A DNA stretch of 64,000 nucleotides from Octopus sinensis (lineage: Eukaryota). The notes under the pieces were generated by a model. It was not told the origin of the DNA. It saw nothing but the letters and a program-made list of their open reading frames with translations, and ran no database searches. The first letter of the stretch is position 1. Each line of letters begins with the position of its first letter. This document shows positions 28,046 through 40,801 of the stretch, in pieces. The stretch lies in the NCBI RefSeq assembly GCF_006345805.1, contig NC_042997.1, positions 50,530,001 through 50,594,000 on the forward strand. The letters run 5' to 3'. The translations under genes and the position numbers were made by a program.

Positions 28046-28284
28046 CTCCCTATGCTGGTTGCCTTGCATATGTGGACTAACAGAAATGGGAACTCGTGAT
28101 AATTATGGTTGTCAGCGATTTTAGGAACGTAAGTAAACAAAATTCAACAAAAGCTGAATCTGACGAAATATCTCTGCTCTTCCGCACCATTTACTTCACT
28201 ACAACAACCAAAACAGTGAAAGCAAATCAGATGCATCGACAATAAAGCTGGTAGCTATTTTAAAAGTAGGCAAGAAGTTTCCAA

Positions 28285-28416
28285 GGCATTTCAATTTGCT
28301 TTGATGAATTTTTACGCCACGTTCAGTTTGCTCCTAAATACTCTGCTACAGCCATTGCATCTACTTTGCGCTTTACCCTCCTGTCTTGTTGACTCCAATT
28401 TCTTATCCAATTTCAT
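28285..28416 (-). pseudogene. Possible relic N-terminal C2H2 zinc finger of an RLE-type (HERO/R2-like) retrotransposon
   Basis: With one frameshift: CNGCSRVFR/TERGVKIHQSKLKC; no associated RT seen. Confidence 0.3.
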
Positions 28417-29789
28417 ATTCTGAAAATTACAAACATCTGAAAGAACCCATCAAGGAAATAGGCACAGCAGCTGAAGCCAGCTCAAGATGGTTATGGTTAA
28501 TAAGAGACCGCAAGTGAAATCATTCCGTAGGTGAAAAAAGACTAGTTCAGTCCTCGCCGCCACACTCGGGGGAAGCATACAGACTAAGGGGCGAAATGTT
28601 TGTGACCGTGCGATACCTGTTTACAATACGGGCTTCCAGCATTGCAATAGATTTAGAAGAGCTTGCAAAATCTCTGAGTAGCTCCTGTAGTTTCTACGTA
28701 GGGCAAAGCATCTCTGATATTTTTTCACTTATTTCACTTTCATCGCAAAACTAAAATCAACAACAGTTAAGTAAATGAAGCTTTGTAACACAAAAATTTC
28801 AGTTCGATCTAATCTATATTCTCGGCGTATTCTTTTATGCACTCATTTAAATAAATAGCCTGGGTCATATAAAATACATTCCACGATAAAATAATAATTC
28901 AGTGCATTTCTCAGTCATGGAGCAATACTTGGCCTCCTTGGGAATAGGGCCTCATAGAGAATATTCAAAAAGGTTATGTTTATAGATACTCTTTATTCAG
29001 TGTATATCGTTAGCACTATGCCGGGTACATGCACCATATATGCGATGGTTGCTTGTCAATAAATATATTTTATGGCAAATTGGTTCTCGTACCACGATGA
29101 CATTCGTCTCGATTTTAGAAATATGTTCCACAGCGAAATATTAACACCACAAGCAGCATTCAAAATTTGGTTGCTGCAGTAGAAATAAACTTGTAAAGAT
29201 TGGAAATTCTCAGCTGAGACAAGAACCTGAACAGAAGGTATGTATTGATTTGAGACAATTGCCAGCGTTCAAGACAACAGTTTATCGGTGTACATAATTG
29301 GACATATAAAAATGATCACTTTTAGTAGTTTAACAATATTTTTGCCTCTGCTTTGGAAACGTTGATGTTGATACCGTGGTGTTGGGTGTTTTGGAACAGA
29401 TTCAACTGTGTGATGTAAAAACGAATCGCTTGAAAGAAGGCAATATTTAAAGCATTCAAAGCACTTGAGTGAAGTTCATGCTCAGAACGGCCGTCTATGT
29501 CTTTATGAACGTGCGTCCTTATATTACACACTAAGACATGAGACGAATAACTGATATAGTCATTCAGCTCACCAAAAAACAGCAGCACAGTCTTCTCCGC
29601 TCCACACCCTTTCGTCTTAAGAGAAGAGATTTATTCGATAATGCCATCCTAGAAGTTCAACAGTAAAACCCGGTTCATGTTTACCGCATACAGTTCCAGT
29701 ATGCAATATCCCACAGGTCTTACTCGTACAAGACGTGATGGTCGCGAATGGAAAGCTTATAATAACTGGTGTTCTCGACTAGCGTTGAC

Positions 29790-30020
29790 CAAGGTGTCTT
29801 CAAAATAAAGCTGGACTTCTTCCTGTCAGGTGTCCCAGATGAACCAACTTCACGACAGGAGGTGCAGATGAGGGCAGCTGCATCAAACTCTCTCATGCAC
29901 CGAATGTCAATTGCTAAAAAGCATTCGTGAAGTAAAATCGTGTAGCAACACCAAATGGCAGTGCCCCAGCGTGGCCACAGCTCGTGAGCTGAAACTAGAT
30001 GAAATAAAAAAAATGAAATA
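29790..30020 (+). mobile_element. 3' end of a CR1-like LINE
   Basis: FKIKLDFFLSGVPDEPTSRQEVQMRAAASNSL, followed by a 3' UTR and A-rich (GAAAT)-type tail. Confidence 0.7.
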
Positions 30021-30622
30021 AAATAAGGGGCAAAAACAACAACAAAACAATACATTGTAGTAAAAATATTCATTAAAATAGCTGAAATTTCTCAAAGAGT
30101 TTCTTAATATATCAATTCTCAAAAACTGTTTCTAAAATTATTAAAACCATAACTACAGTCATACTATAGTAACAAGATCTCTTATGACAAGACACAAGCC
30201 CAATTTTTGCTTGAAGGATTAACTGTATATTTCAAGCTCCTAAGTTAGATACGATAAAACCCATTAAGGTATTACTAGCAATTTAATTACCAATAACACA
30301 TCCTTTTCTAATGGACGTATAAAGCTGCTGAGGAAATTTTTATTCATTTATTGGAACTAATTTGAAAACTGATTTCGTGTCTCAGCTGAAAACTGATTTC
30401 AACTCACAGCTGAAGCAATTTCACCACAATTACATTGTTAGTTTCTTGAGGATAAACATAAATATTATATAACCTCATATTCTTCTTCTTTAAACGTGGT
30501 GATATAATAAATCATTAATATTCGGTAGCAGGTATTTTAGGGAACCTGGTGAGAATCCTCTGAAACGAATCTGAAGTTTTAGTTAGTAATCGCTCCGTTT
30601 AATGTAACCGACAAAAATATAT

Positions 30623-31077
30623 GAGTTTTTTTCGGTTTGAACGGCAGTTTTTTTCTAGCAGTATCATATGAAATTGTCACTCATAATTATGACCCTAAAA
30701 TCGATCTATTGCATTTCAATCTATTTTAGGGTTAGAGTTAGTTAGGGTTAGTTAGGGTTAGTTAGGGCTAGGGTTAGGGTTAGGGGGAAGGATATCTTTT
30801 TTTCTTCACAAATGTAAATAAACCCAATCTGTTTCTTAAACGAGGGACATATTCATACGGCACAGAATGTTTTTTACCTCAATAGACGGTCAGTGATTGG
30901 TTGAAATTGCAGAAATTGAAGAAAAAAGCAACAAATATCTTACAAACTATAGAATTTTCTCAATAAAGCCAAGAGAAAAAGATGTTTTATAAACACATTC
31001 TACCAGTATACGAAGTTTAAAATTTTTTAGTTACCTAGAAATTATGCTAAAAACTGCCGTTCAAACCGAAAAGATCC
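30623..31077. mobile_element. ~455-bp MITE with 24-bp perfect TIRs carrying an internal TTAGGG-type repeat
   Basis: TTTTCGGTTTGAACGGCAGTTTTT (~30629-30652) / AAAAACTGCCGTTCAAACCGAAAA (31049-31072); AATATAT on both flanks; TTAGGG/TTAG units ~30726-30785. Confidence 0.85.
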
Positions 31078-31399
31078 AATATATGAATATCAAATCATGT
31101 TAATTATGCATGTTCTCTATATATACAGCGATATTCTCATCTGAGAAACTCTTATTTTTGATATAGGGTTTGTGGTATCATTCAAATGATATGTCATACT
31201 TTAACCTCTTTCCTTTTATTTTCTGACAGTTGCAGAATCTTTATTATTTTGATATTTTGTAAAGCACGAATATGCAAATCCACTTAAAGTTATATTTTCG
31301 GCAATTTATGCATAAGATGCTCTCGCCTATACACTCCACCCTTCCTATGTTGACGTGCACTTCACCGGTGAAGAAGCTTTAGGTTATCGATCTCAGTTA

Positions 31400-32120
31400 A
31401 GGCGGCGAGCTGGCAGGATCGTTAGCACGCCGGGCGAAATGCTTAGCTGTATTTCGTCTACCGCTAGGCGCTGAGTTCAAAATCCTCCGAGGTCGACTTT
31501 GCCTTTCATCCTTTCGAGGTCGATAAATTAAGTACCAGTTGAGTACTGGGGTCGAGGTAATTGACTTACCCCTTCCCCCAAAATGTTAGGCCTTGTGCCT
31601 ATAGTAGAAATGGTTATCGATCTCAGTACTTATTTTTATCGATTTTGGAAGCGTGAAATAAGCCTTAGTGAGATTTGAACTTAGAGCGTAAAGAAATCTA
31701 ACCGAACTGCGCAAGTTGTGCTAATCGGTTTATTTCTGTCTTTGAGGGCGGCGACCTGGCAGAATCGTTAGCATGCCGGGCGAAATGCGTAGCCGTGTTT
31801 CGTCTGCCATTACGTTCTGAGTTCAAATTCCGCCGAAGTCGACTTTGCTTTTCATCCTTTCGGGGTCGATAAATTAAGTACCAGTTACGCACTGGGGTTG
31901 ATATAATCGACTTAATCCATTTATCTGTCCTTGTTTGTCCCCTCTATGTTTAGCCCCTTGTGGGTAGTAAAGAAATTGGCATTTCGTCCGCCTGTACGTT
32001 CGACTTTACCTTTCACCCTTTCGGAGTCGATAAAATAAATACCAGTTAAACACTGGGGTCGATGTAATCGTCTTAACCCCTTTCCCCCCAAAATTACTGG
32101 CCTTGTGTCAAAATCTGAAC
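31400..32120 (+). mobile_element. Cluster of 3-4 family-1 SINEs (one short inverted piece ~31620-31740)
   Basis: Near-consensus copies start at ~31400 and ~31746; partial copy at ~31975. Confidence 0.88.
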
Positions 32121-32774
32121 CCAATATTTGTTTCTTTGTCAGTCAGGCTGCTTTACTTTTGCTTGCCGAACGCTTTCGAGTTTCGTTCTATTTTCAGAAG
32201 GCTTTAAATTTTATTTTAAAGAAGACAGATAATCAATTTTTCCTGATTCGTCGTCTTTTCAACGCAGCTATGTTCTACGAGTTAGACAATACATCTCATT
32301 AAGCCTCTGCCCACAGTTTTATTACGAACGATCCTCAGACATGCTTAAAAAACATTATTAGTGTGTTTGGGAAAATAATAATTTAAAAGAAATTGTAAAC
32401 TTCCACTTTGTCCAATAAATTCACGATAAAGACAAAAACCGCAGCTGGTGACGAAAAGCTGCAGTGGTGGCTTCAGGTTACATGTTGACACTGCATAATA
32501 GTGTAGCTGTTTGTCTTTTTTGAAACGTAATGAAATATCACGAAGTCCTTATTAAAAATAAAATATGTTCATTTTAAAAAGAGCTGACGAGAATACTCTG
32601 ACTTCGTGAAGAACAATGAACGCCGTAAAGAAGCGATAAACCCTGGGAGGTTACGGGCTTCAGTTGTTGGCTGTGAGTGACCGGCTAACTTATGTTTCGA
32701 GGAGTATAAGTATGAAAATTACAAGCGACTCGACAATTTATTGCTTCGTGTTTGTTTGTTGCTTGCTGGACGTG

Positions 32775-32976
32775 AGAGAGAGAGAGAGAGAGAGACAGAG
32801 AGAGAGAGAGAAACAGAGACAGAGACAGAGAGAGAGGGAGAGAGAGACAGAGAGGGAGAGGGAGAGACAGAGAGAGAAGGAGAGGGAGAGAGAGGCAGAG
32901 AGGGAGAGGGAGAGGGAGAGAGGGAGAGGGAGAGGGAGAGAGAGAGAGAGGGAGAGGGAGAGAGAGAGAGAGAGGG

Positions 32977-33015
<39 letters not shown>
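32775..33015. repeat. (GA)n/(GAGAGG)n polypurine tract
   Basis: Direct reading. Confidence 0.97.
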
Positions 33016-33019
<4 letters not shown>

Positions 33020-33785
33020 TATGTACTTCAGTGCAGAGAATCACGTTTTTTGTAGATTTTAAGTTGGAAAGTATTTTTTCTCTCTCGGTGGAAGGCAAGG
33101 AAACAGAACACCGATATTTCATCATAAGATCTATTATTATTTATCCGTGTATGGTTCCATTTCGGCTTTATTAAACTTCATCAGCACAGATTAATTCGAA
33201 TTATTAATTCTTTTACTTATAATTTTGAAGTACTCTTGTATAAAACTGTCCTCTGGATAAAACTATTGATTCCCTTGGTTCAAAGTCACAATTAAATTCT
33301 CATTGTCTGTGGGAGACTGAAAAAGGGTTCTTGAATCAGTTATTGCTCAATGTTTTTTTCTAGTTTAAATTTCACTTTATATCTTACTCAAAATACCTTC
33401 CACCATTTCTTTGCTCATCATTTGTAGAAATGGTATATTCATTGATCCATCCATTTATTGACTGAAATACTGAAATAGAATCTTGATTACGCTCAGCTAC
33501 ACTTTTAGCTTTGCTCTTATACTTTGTCTGAGTGTTGTTCTATTACAGATCATTCTTTTCAACCTTTTGTTATCGTATACCATCTCTGTCATATCACAAT
33601 ATATTGTCTTATAAAAGGGTACATAGGCAATGTGATCCTAGATACACTGTATCTGTAAAATACTATCTGTAAAATAAAAAAGATAATTTGTCACAGGTGA
33701 TTGACATTTTTATCCTAAATTTGATCGATCAAGGACGTCACACACAAATACATACATGTATATATGTACACACACACACACACAT

Positions 33786-33879
<94 letters not shown>

Positions 33880-35909
33880 AGAGAGATAGAGAGAGAGAAG
33901 CTAATAAAGTTGTTATTTGTTTTGTTAGTAATATAACAGGACAGAATTATTCATAAAAAGTAAATCGTATTTCGTATACTTTTGCTGGTTTCAGCAAGAA
34001 TGTTGTGGTCATGCTGAGACAATTAAATAACTATTTATTACGCTGCCACTCGGCCACCAACTTATGTAAAAAGAGCTGAGGTCAGAGATTATAATCAACT
34101 GCAGCTGACAGATGTTCAGAACTATTTTCCCCAATAATATATCTTCAGACCTGCTGTGCAGAACGTTGTTAGCATTAATGGCACGCTGGACAGAAAAAAA
34201 AATCTGTACATTTGAATCGAACGTTCTGTTAAAATATGTAGTCTACGTAATTCCTGACAAATCTATTTCATTTATGCCAGCTCTGTATATGAGTACAGTG
34301 TACAAGAAATTACAGCCAGCAGAGAACTATAAACGGCCATAGAAAAACATGATGATTATACTAATATGCAAAAGACTGTGTTGCAATCCTGCATGCAATA
34401 TAAAGTGAAAGAATACATTATTCTATAAAAGAAAAATCCTCCAAAACGAACAAAATCTATTTCTTTGTGTTCACTGTGATATCAAAACCAATTCAGAATG
34501 ATTTGTGCGACTAAGATGCGAATGTTCAAGATATCCTCCACTCAAAGTTTAAATTATTGTTCGCATATTTAATGAAGCTCATTTCAAAAAGCTAATTTGG
34601 AAAATACAGGAATCAGAGGAAGAGATAATGATGGATAAAAAATCTCTATGAAATACAAGTAGGAGGTAAAGTACATGGTTAGAAAACAAGATTGATGTAA
34701 TTAAACAATTCCCGAATGTTGTTGAATAATGAATCAATACATTTATTTTCTACTTAGGAGGCGACGACTGAAGCAGCTCTTGGCGAATTGAATCTACAAT
34801 AATATTTCTATTTTCGGTTGTACCCATTTTGCTTCACTTACATTGTTAATGCCCACGAGAAAGGGAATTTACGACGCAAGTGGAAATGAAATTCCGCTAT
34901 AAAGCTAAAGCGTTGTGTATAGTCAATAGAAATCAATAATGAGTATTACCATCTGCTGTAAAATATCTAATTATATTTTATGCATTTGTTAAGAATACAT
35001 AAATGCTTCAGTTGCACGCCCAAACATTCGACATATAACTTGGGCGACAGTTGTAGAAATCTTATGACGCTTTGTATAATGACTTTCCTACTTCCTCGAT
35101 GCAGACTTTTCTAATGATTTCCTTATCTAGAAACATACAAATCAGTTTGAATTCCTCATCAAATACAAAGTGAAAGTCCAATGAAATGCTAATTAATTAT
35201 TCACATGTAATTAAACGTTGTTGTTCACATATCACCTGCTTGATGATATAAGAATATATGCCATGTGATTGTTAGTATAGCTGTTGTTGTTGACGTGGCT
35301 ATTGCTTTTATGCTTCTTCTTGTTCTAAGTGGTCGTTTCCGTTAACAGAGAAGCACTGTTAACAGAGATTATAATGACTAATACTGACCTACGACCCCTG
35401 TGTATCAAATATATATTTGAATGATCTAAATTTATACACTGTTAATAGATTCATTAGTTCTCTTAATGTAGGAGGTCCAAACTTTATCAATCGCAAAATT
35501 CAAATTTAGGGCATATTATCAAATTATTTGTTGAATCAAAGGCTTCAGGCCAAGGGTCCACAATCTCGCTTTTTATCAGACTTCTATATGACGTCAAGCG
35601 AACTAAAAAGCATCAAATTACCAATAGACACTTCTCTCTTTTGCATGTTTGCCTATCATAAATTTCAGGAACGAAAACTTTTGCGCATGTCGTTGAAATC
35701 TGTCGAAACGCGACACTGAAATCTAGTAAAATGCGCTCCTAACTATATAATTAACAATCATATTTACTTACAGTTATGTTGTTTATTTCCTTAAGTAAAG
35801 TATCGTTACTAGAAATACAACTCAATATTAGTGACGAGATTAAAACCCCATCGATACCAATATTGTACGAATTCGAATTATCTACCCTGACTCACCGTTA
35901 ATAACTAAA

Positions 35910-36303
35910 TCTTTATATATAAAAGAGAGGTTGTGTGCTGTCTGTCTCCTACGATTTCGATTCCTAACTACTCCCACATTTTGCGGTGCAGTTTAACCAA
36001 AACCGGGTATCTTATAGTCGTGATTCATATCGAGCCCTTCTGGGTATTAGGGCACGTCTACGATGAGTCTACGATTTTAAAAACAATTTACCATAAATTT
36101 TTTCTATTTTTAATGTATTTTTGGCATATATAAGGGAAGTAACTCTCTAAAAATTTATTATTAAATCTCAGAACGTAAAAAGCTACAGTAACAGCCCCCT
36201 TGTGATTAGCCATATTGAGATGGCTATTATACTTTACATCTCTAAAAATGCTTATATAGTTATTTCCCTTACAAACCCGAGCAACGCCGGGCGATACAGC
36301 TAG
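35910..36303 (+). mobile_element. Non-autonomous Helitron
   Basis: A|TCTTTATATATAAAA 5' end; 3' hairpin CCCGAGCAACGCCGGG then CTAG|T (36300-36304), i.e. inserted between A and T. Confidence 0.82.
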
Positions 36304-37976
36304 TTTGAAAATAAATGTTTTTATGCAACGAGCTAAAATTCTAAATTCTGAATTCAAAGGTTACAACTCATATTCAGTTCCTGATAAATTAAAGACCTTG
36401 TGCTTAGTCAGATAAGATTTACGAGATAAATAAAAAGAAAGAACAAGAGTAACTAACGTTTGTATAAAACGATATATTTGGACGTGAAAGATAATTAAAG
36501 TTGATAGTTTTTATCTTTTTATTTCAAGGATGTTATACTTGTGTGTAAAGTCAATAAATAAAAGTTATTCATCGTCTGTTTCTGTCTTGCTTATCGTTAT
36601 TATTTATCACTTGGTTCATTACATTTTACCTTCCTTGTAACTGACTTTCTTCTCTTCTCTCTTTCAACCCTTTTCATTATTACACCAGTCATCTCTCCAG
36701 AAAATATGGCCGTGTATTTGCCAACAGTGGCATCGTTCTAAAAGCGGATGATCATAAATTGTTATATGGTCATAAAAATAAATAGTCAGTAATTCATCAT
36801 GTAATTTATCGAGTATTTTAATATCATTGGTCTGAGACCGCATCCATGGAATACACAGTTAATAGGATGGCGTGTTAAAAGGCAGAGTTAACTAGTTAGA
36901 GATGCCAGGAAAATCTATGAAATATCAGTTACCATGAACCAAGAGTAGAAAAGGCAATAATGGAAAACAAGAAATGGAAAACTGAGACGCAAAAAGAAGG
37001 AATGTATAAGGTTTCTGACAGATGCGTAATAACTGACGTAAACAACTTCATGTTCATTTAAATTTTTGAAATTACATTTAATTAAAAGATACGCCTCCAT
37101 TCTCGTTTTATAAAGGTTCTCGTATTCTCAGCCACAAAAGGACTTGAATGGACCAACAAAGACAATACGATATTTTGTTAATACATCGGGACGTCTTCCT
37201 GTTGAATACACAGATTTATTTTCGTAATGAGAATATTTCTATGTGTTAAATACAGTTAAATATAGTTATCATTCGTAATCGAGGACTTGGTAGCAATGTA
37301 TCATGCTTTCGCAAATTATTTGAGGTGCACAGGTAACCATAGACAGCCCCTCGAACATTCTACCCTTGAAGTAGTGGAACGTACAGATCCATATTATGAC
37401 GAGTGGGGGAGGAGGTGAAAAGTGCACCTTTATTTATCGATACAGGAAAGATGAAAGCAAAGTGAAACTCGGTGATATTTGAATAAGCCTTTTGCTTGTC
37501 TTGTATACCACGTGATATACAGGATATATTTTCCAGGCGCCCATGGATCATATATAATACATATAGCTAATTTCTTTCAACCTCTAAAAGAACTTCTGAC
37601 TTAGTAAAGGAAAGATTTATTTTAGTCAGAACGAATGAAACAAGATGCAACAAAAAGCCTGAAAGCAATCAAGGACGCTTGGACAAAGTTTGGATAACTT
37701 TTAGGCAGGTAAAATCTTTTGGACAGAGCACATTTTATCAGAACTGATGTTACAAACGATTTGTTTTTATATATACAATATAAGCACACTCACACACATA
37801 AAGATAAATACTTCGATATGAAAATGTACACATACAATGTATGTGCGCGTGTGCGATATTGAAAGATTATATTTTCTTAGAATCAGCCATTTTTAAAGTA
37901 TGTCTTCTATTATTGATGTGGATACGCACTTACTCTGAATTTCTGAATTCCGATGTAGATTTGTAACAACAAAATA

Positions 37977-38100
37977 CAGTAATGCCTCGATATACGATTT
38001 AATTCGTTTCTGGAGAACGCTCGTAAAGCGAAAACCCGCAAACAGAAAATATATCTCATAAAAGCTCGTAAATCCGGTGTCTCGTAAAGCGGTATTACTG
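37977..38100. mobile_element. 124-bp Tigger/pogo-like MITE
   Basis: TA|CAGTAATGCC...GGTATTACTG|TA; TA target duplication. Confidence 0.75.
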
Positions 38101-38439
38101 TACCCTGTTTTGAAACACCTTTTCTACATGATTTATTTTCACTTAGCTGACCCATGTTCAATTGACCTAAGTTTAGCTGGTCCATATTTAGCATCTTCTG
38201 TCTCGCAACGATAGCAAAGTATAAGACGCTACTTTACTACATTCGTTCATAAATTTTGCACCTCTACCATTTGTCTGTTGCTACAATATAATTATCCGTC
38301 TCAACAACTGCATCGTTTGTTTAATTATAATTGTTTCTTTTTTTCTTCATCATAATTTATGGAGCTTTCTTTTTTAAAAGTTTTGTTGGCCTATTTTTTG
38401 CTACCACTTTTGTAGCTAATATCCTCTTTGCTACAGACA

Positions 38440-39160
38440 CAATTTTGTGGGGAGGGGGCCAGTCGATTACAACTACCCCAGTTACTCAACCGGTACATTA
38501 TTTTATCGACCTGGAAATGATGAAAAGCAAAGTCGACCTCAGCGACATTTGAACTCAGAACTAGTACTTATTTCATCGACCACGAAAGGATGAAAGTCGA
38601 CCTCGGCGGTATTTGAACTCAGAACGCAAAGACGTGCAAAATGCCCCTCTAAGCATTTTCCCCGACGTGCTAACGATTCTACCACATCACCGCCTTACTT
38701 TTGTAGTTAATATCAGTCCTATCTAAGGCAGCGAGCTGAGAGAATCGTTAGCACACCGGACAAAATGCTTGGTAGCATTTAGTCCGTCTTTACGTTCCGA
38801 GTTCAAATGCCACCGAGATCGACTTTACCTTTCATCCTTTCGTTGTGGATGAAATAAGTACTAGAAGAGCACTGAGGTCGATATAAATGACTGAGCTCCT
38901 CCCATGAAATTGCTGGGTTTGTGCTAAAATTTGAAACCAACCAATATTGGTTTCAAATTTAAAGAATGGTTAGCAAGGTGACAAAATGCATAGCGACATT
39001 TCGTTCGTCTTTACGTTCTGCGTTCCAACTCCGCCAAAGTCGACTTTGTCTTTCATCCATTCGGTCTCGTAAAATAAGTTATATTTGAGCACTGGCGTTG
39101 ATGCAACCGACTTAATCCCTCCCCGAACTTGCTGGCCTTGTGCCAAAATTTGAAAACTAT
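38440..39160. mobile_element. Cluster of family-1 SINEs (minus-strand copies 38440-38700; plus-strand copies from ~38725 and ~38960)
   Basis: Repeated AAAGTCGACCTC(A/G)GCG..ATTTGAACTCAGAAC cores in both orientations. Confidence 0.85.
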
Positions 39161-39409
39161 ATAAGTTACTCCCTCTCGCAGAGAATCAATGAAATAGCTG
39201 AGAGAGTGATTGCTAAATACATAAAATTATTGAGGACGAGGCATTTTTGTCTCGTGATGGAGTGGACATCCAATGTTCTAATTACTGGAAGAAATTGCCT
39301 ATGCAGAACTCCATGAAGACGCGTGCTTTTACAGCCAACACCGAAAACAACAGCAATAACTATAGGAGCACTCCGTCGGTTGCGACGACGAGAGTCCCAG
39401 CTGATACGA

Positions 39410-39688
39410 ACAACGGAACAGCTTGCTCGTGAAATTAAAGTGTAAGTATCTGAGCACTCCACAAACACGTGCACCCTTAACGTAGTTCGCAAGGAGATTC
39501 AGCAGGATACTGTGTGACAAGGCTGGCCCTTTGAAATACAGGTACTACTCCTTTTTGCCAGCTGAGTGGGCTGGAGCAACGTGAAATAAAGTGTCTTGCT
39601 CAAGGACACAACGCGCCGCCGGGAATTGAACCAACGACCTTACGATCATGAGCCGAATGCCCCTAACCACTAAGCCACGCGCCTTCAC
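39410..39688 (-). mobile_element. tRNA-derived CORE-type SINE (family 3) with a well-preserved head
   Basis: Minus strand GGCGCGTGGCTTAGTGGTTAG...GGTTCAATTCCCGG...GTGTCCTTGAGCAAGACACTTTATTTCACGTTGCTCCAG. Confidence 0.8.
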
Positions 39689-39739
39689 TAATAACTATAA
39701 TGACAGCAACAACGACAACAGCAATAAAAGTTTTTTCCA

Positions 39740-40020
39740 ATTGAGGCACAAGGTCAACAATTTTAAGGGAATGGGGTTAGTTGATGGCATCGAACGCAGT
39801 GCTTAACTGATACTTATTTTAATCAACCGCGAAAGGATGAAAGACAATATCGACTTCGTTCAGGAGCTCAGCACGTAAAGAACAAGAAAAAAATGCCGCT
39901 AAGCATTTTGACGGAGGCGCTAACTATTCTAAACCATTTGGAGCGATTTATTTATACTTATTTTATCGACGTTAGACGGTTGAAAGACAAAGTCAACTTA
40001 GCTGAGGCAAGGAGTCAGAA
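39740..40020 (-). mobile_element. Degenerate family-1 SINE pieces
   Basis: TACTTATTTT..CGAC..GAAAGGATGAAAG cores. Confidence 0.65.
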
Positions 40021-40439
40021 CGCAAACGCACATAACTACATACCTAGTGAATTAATCCTACAATCGACTGAGTCAGAGATGTATAAAACTGAAAAGAGTT
40101 CGTCACCATGTATGTCCACTATACGCGTCTCACGGGAAAAGTGAGACTAACCTCTACAAACTAAAAATTTAAAAAATGAAGAAAAAACCCGTTGATCAGT
40201 TTTATGGTGAAATGGGATTATTTATAGATTTGATTTTCAGTGTGGTTGACGGGATCAGAGGAATGTGAAATATTTTGCCATTTATGAACTACAATGTAGA
40301 AGAAAAGATGCAAATTGTGAATTTATCAAGTTTCAGCCTGATGCGTTATCAAATTAGAACAAAGTCGACAATCACAATGGGTTTTTTTTTATTAGTATAA
40401 ATTTCTTTAAAAGGGTAATAATTTCTGGAATTGCTCCCA

Positions 40440-40655
40440 TATTTGCTTCTACTTTTTGCTTGTTTCAATCACTGGATTGCGGCTATACCGAGGCACAGAG
40501 TTGATAGATTTAGTTGAATAGATCAATTCCAGTACATTTCTCTTTAAGTTTCCTAGTTGTTTCTTCGGTCTATTTCGCCCAAACTCCTAAGTTACAGGAA
40601 CATAAAGAAACCAATACCAGGTATCTTGCGGGGATGAGAGACGAACACTAAGACA
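40440..40655 (-). mobile_element. SINE family 2, 3' half (degenerate)
   Basis: TACTTTTT.CTTGTTTCA.TCA.TGGA.TGCGGC start, matching the reverse complement of 63335-63545. Confidence 0.55.
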
Positions 40656-40660
40656 TTCAT

Positions 40661-40706
<46 letters not shown>

Positions 40707-40801
40707 TATAGACATAATAAAAAAGGAAGTTGGAAAGTCTTTTGGTATTATTTATTCACCATTGCACATGTTTCATTTGCTAATAGAATTTACAGTTAGA
40801 T

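Noticed and set aside
30726-30785. True telomere or chromosome end
   Set aside because: Short, degenerate, and enclosed by MITE TIRs.
32440-32463. GCAGCT-GGTGACGAAA-AGCTGC hairpin resembling a ribozyme core
   Set aside because: No stem II or stem III; consistent with a chance hairpin.
34030-34200. Candidate minus-strand exon after a TTTTTTTTCTGTCCAG acceptor
   Set aside because: No recognisable protein similarity and no convincing donor; cannot be supported from sequence alone.
39610-39688. tRNA gene
   Set aside because: A and B boxes are present but run straight into a CORE-type SINE body, with no acceptor stem; it is a SINE head.
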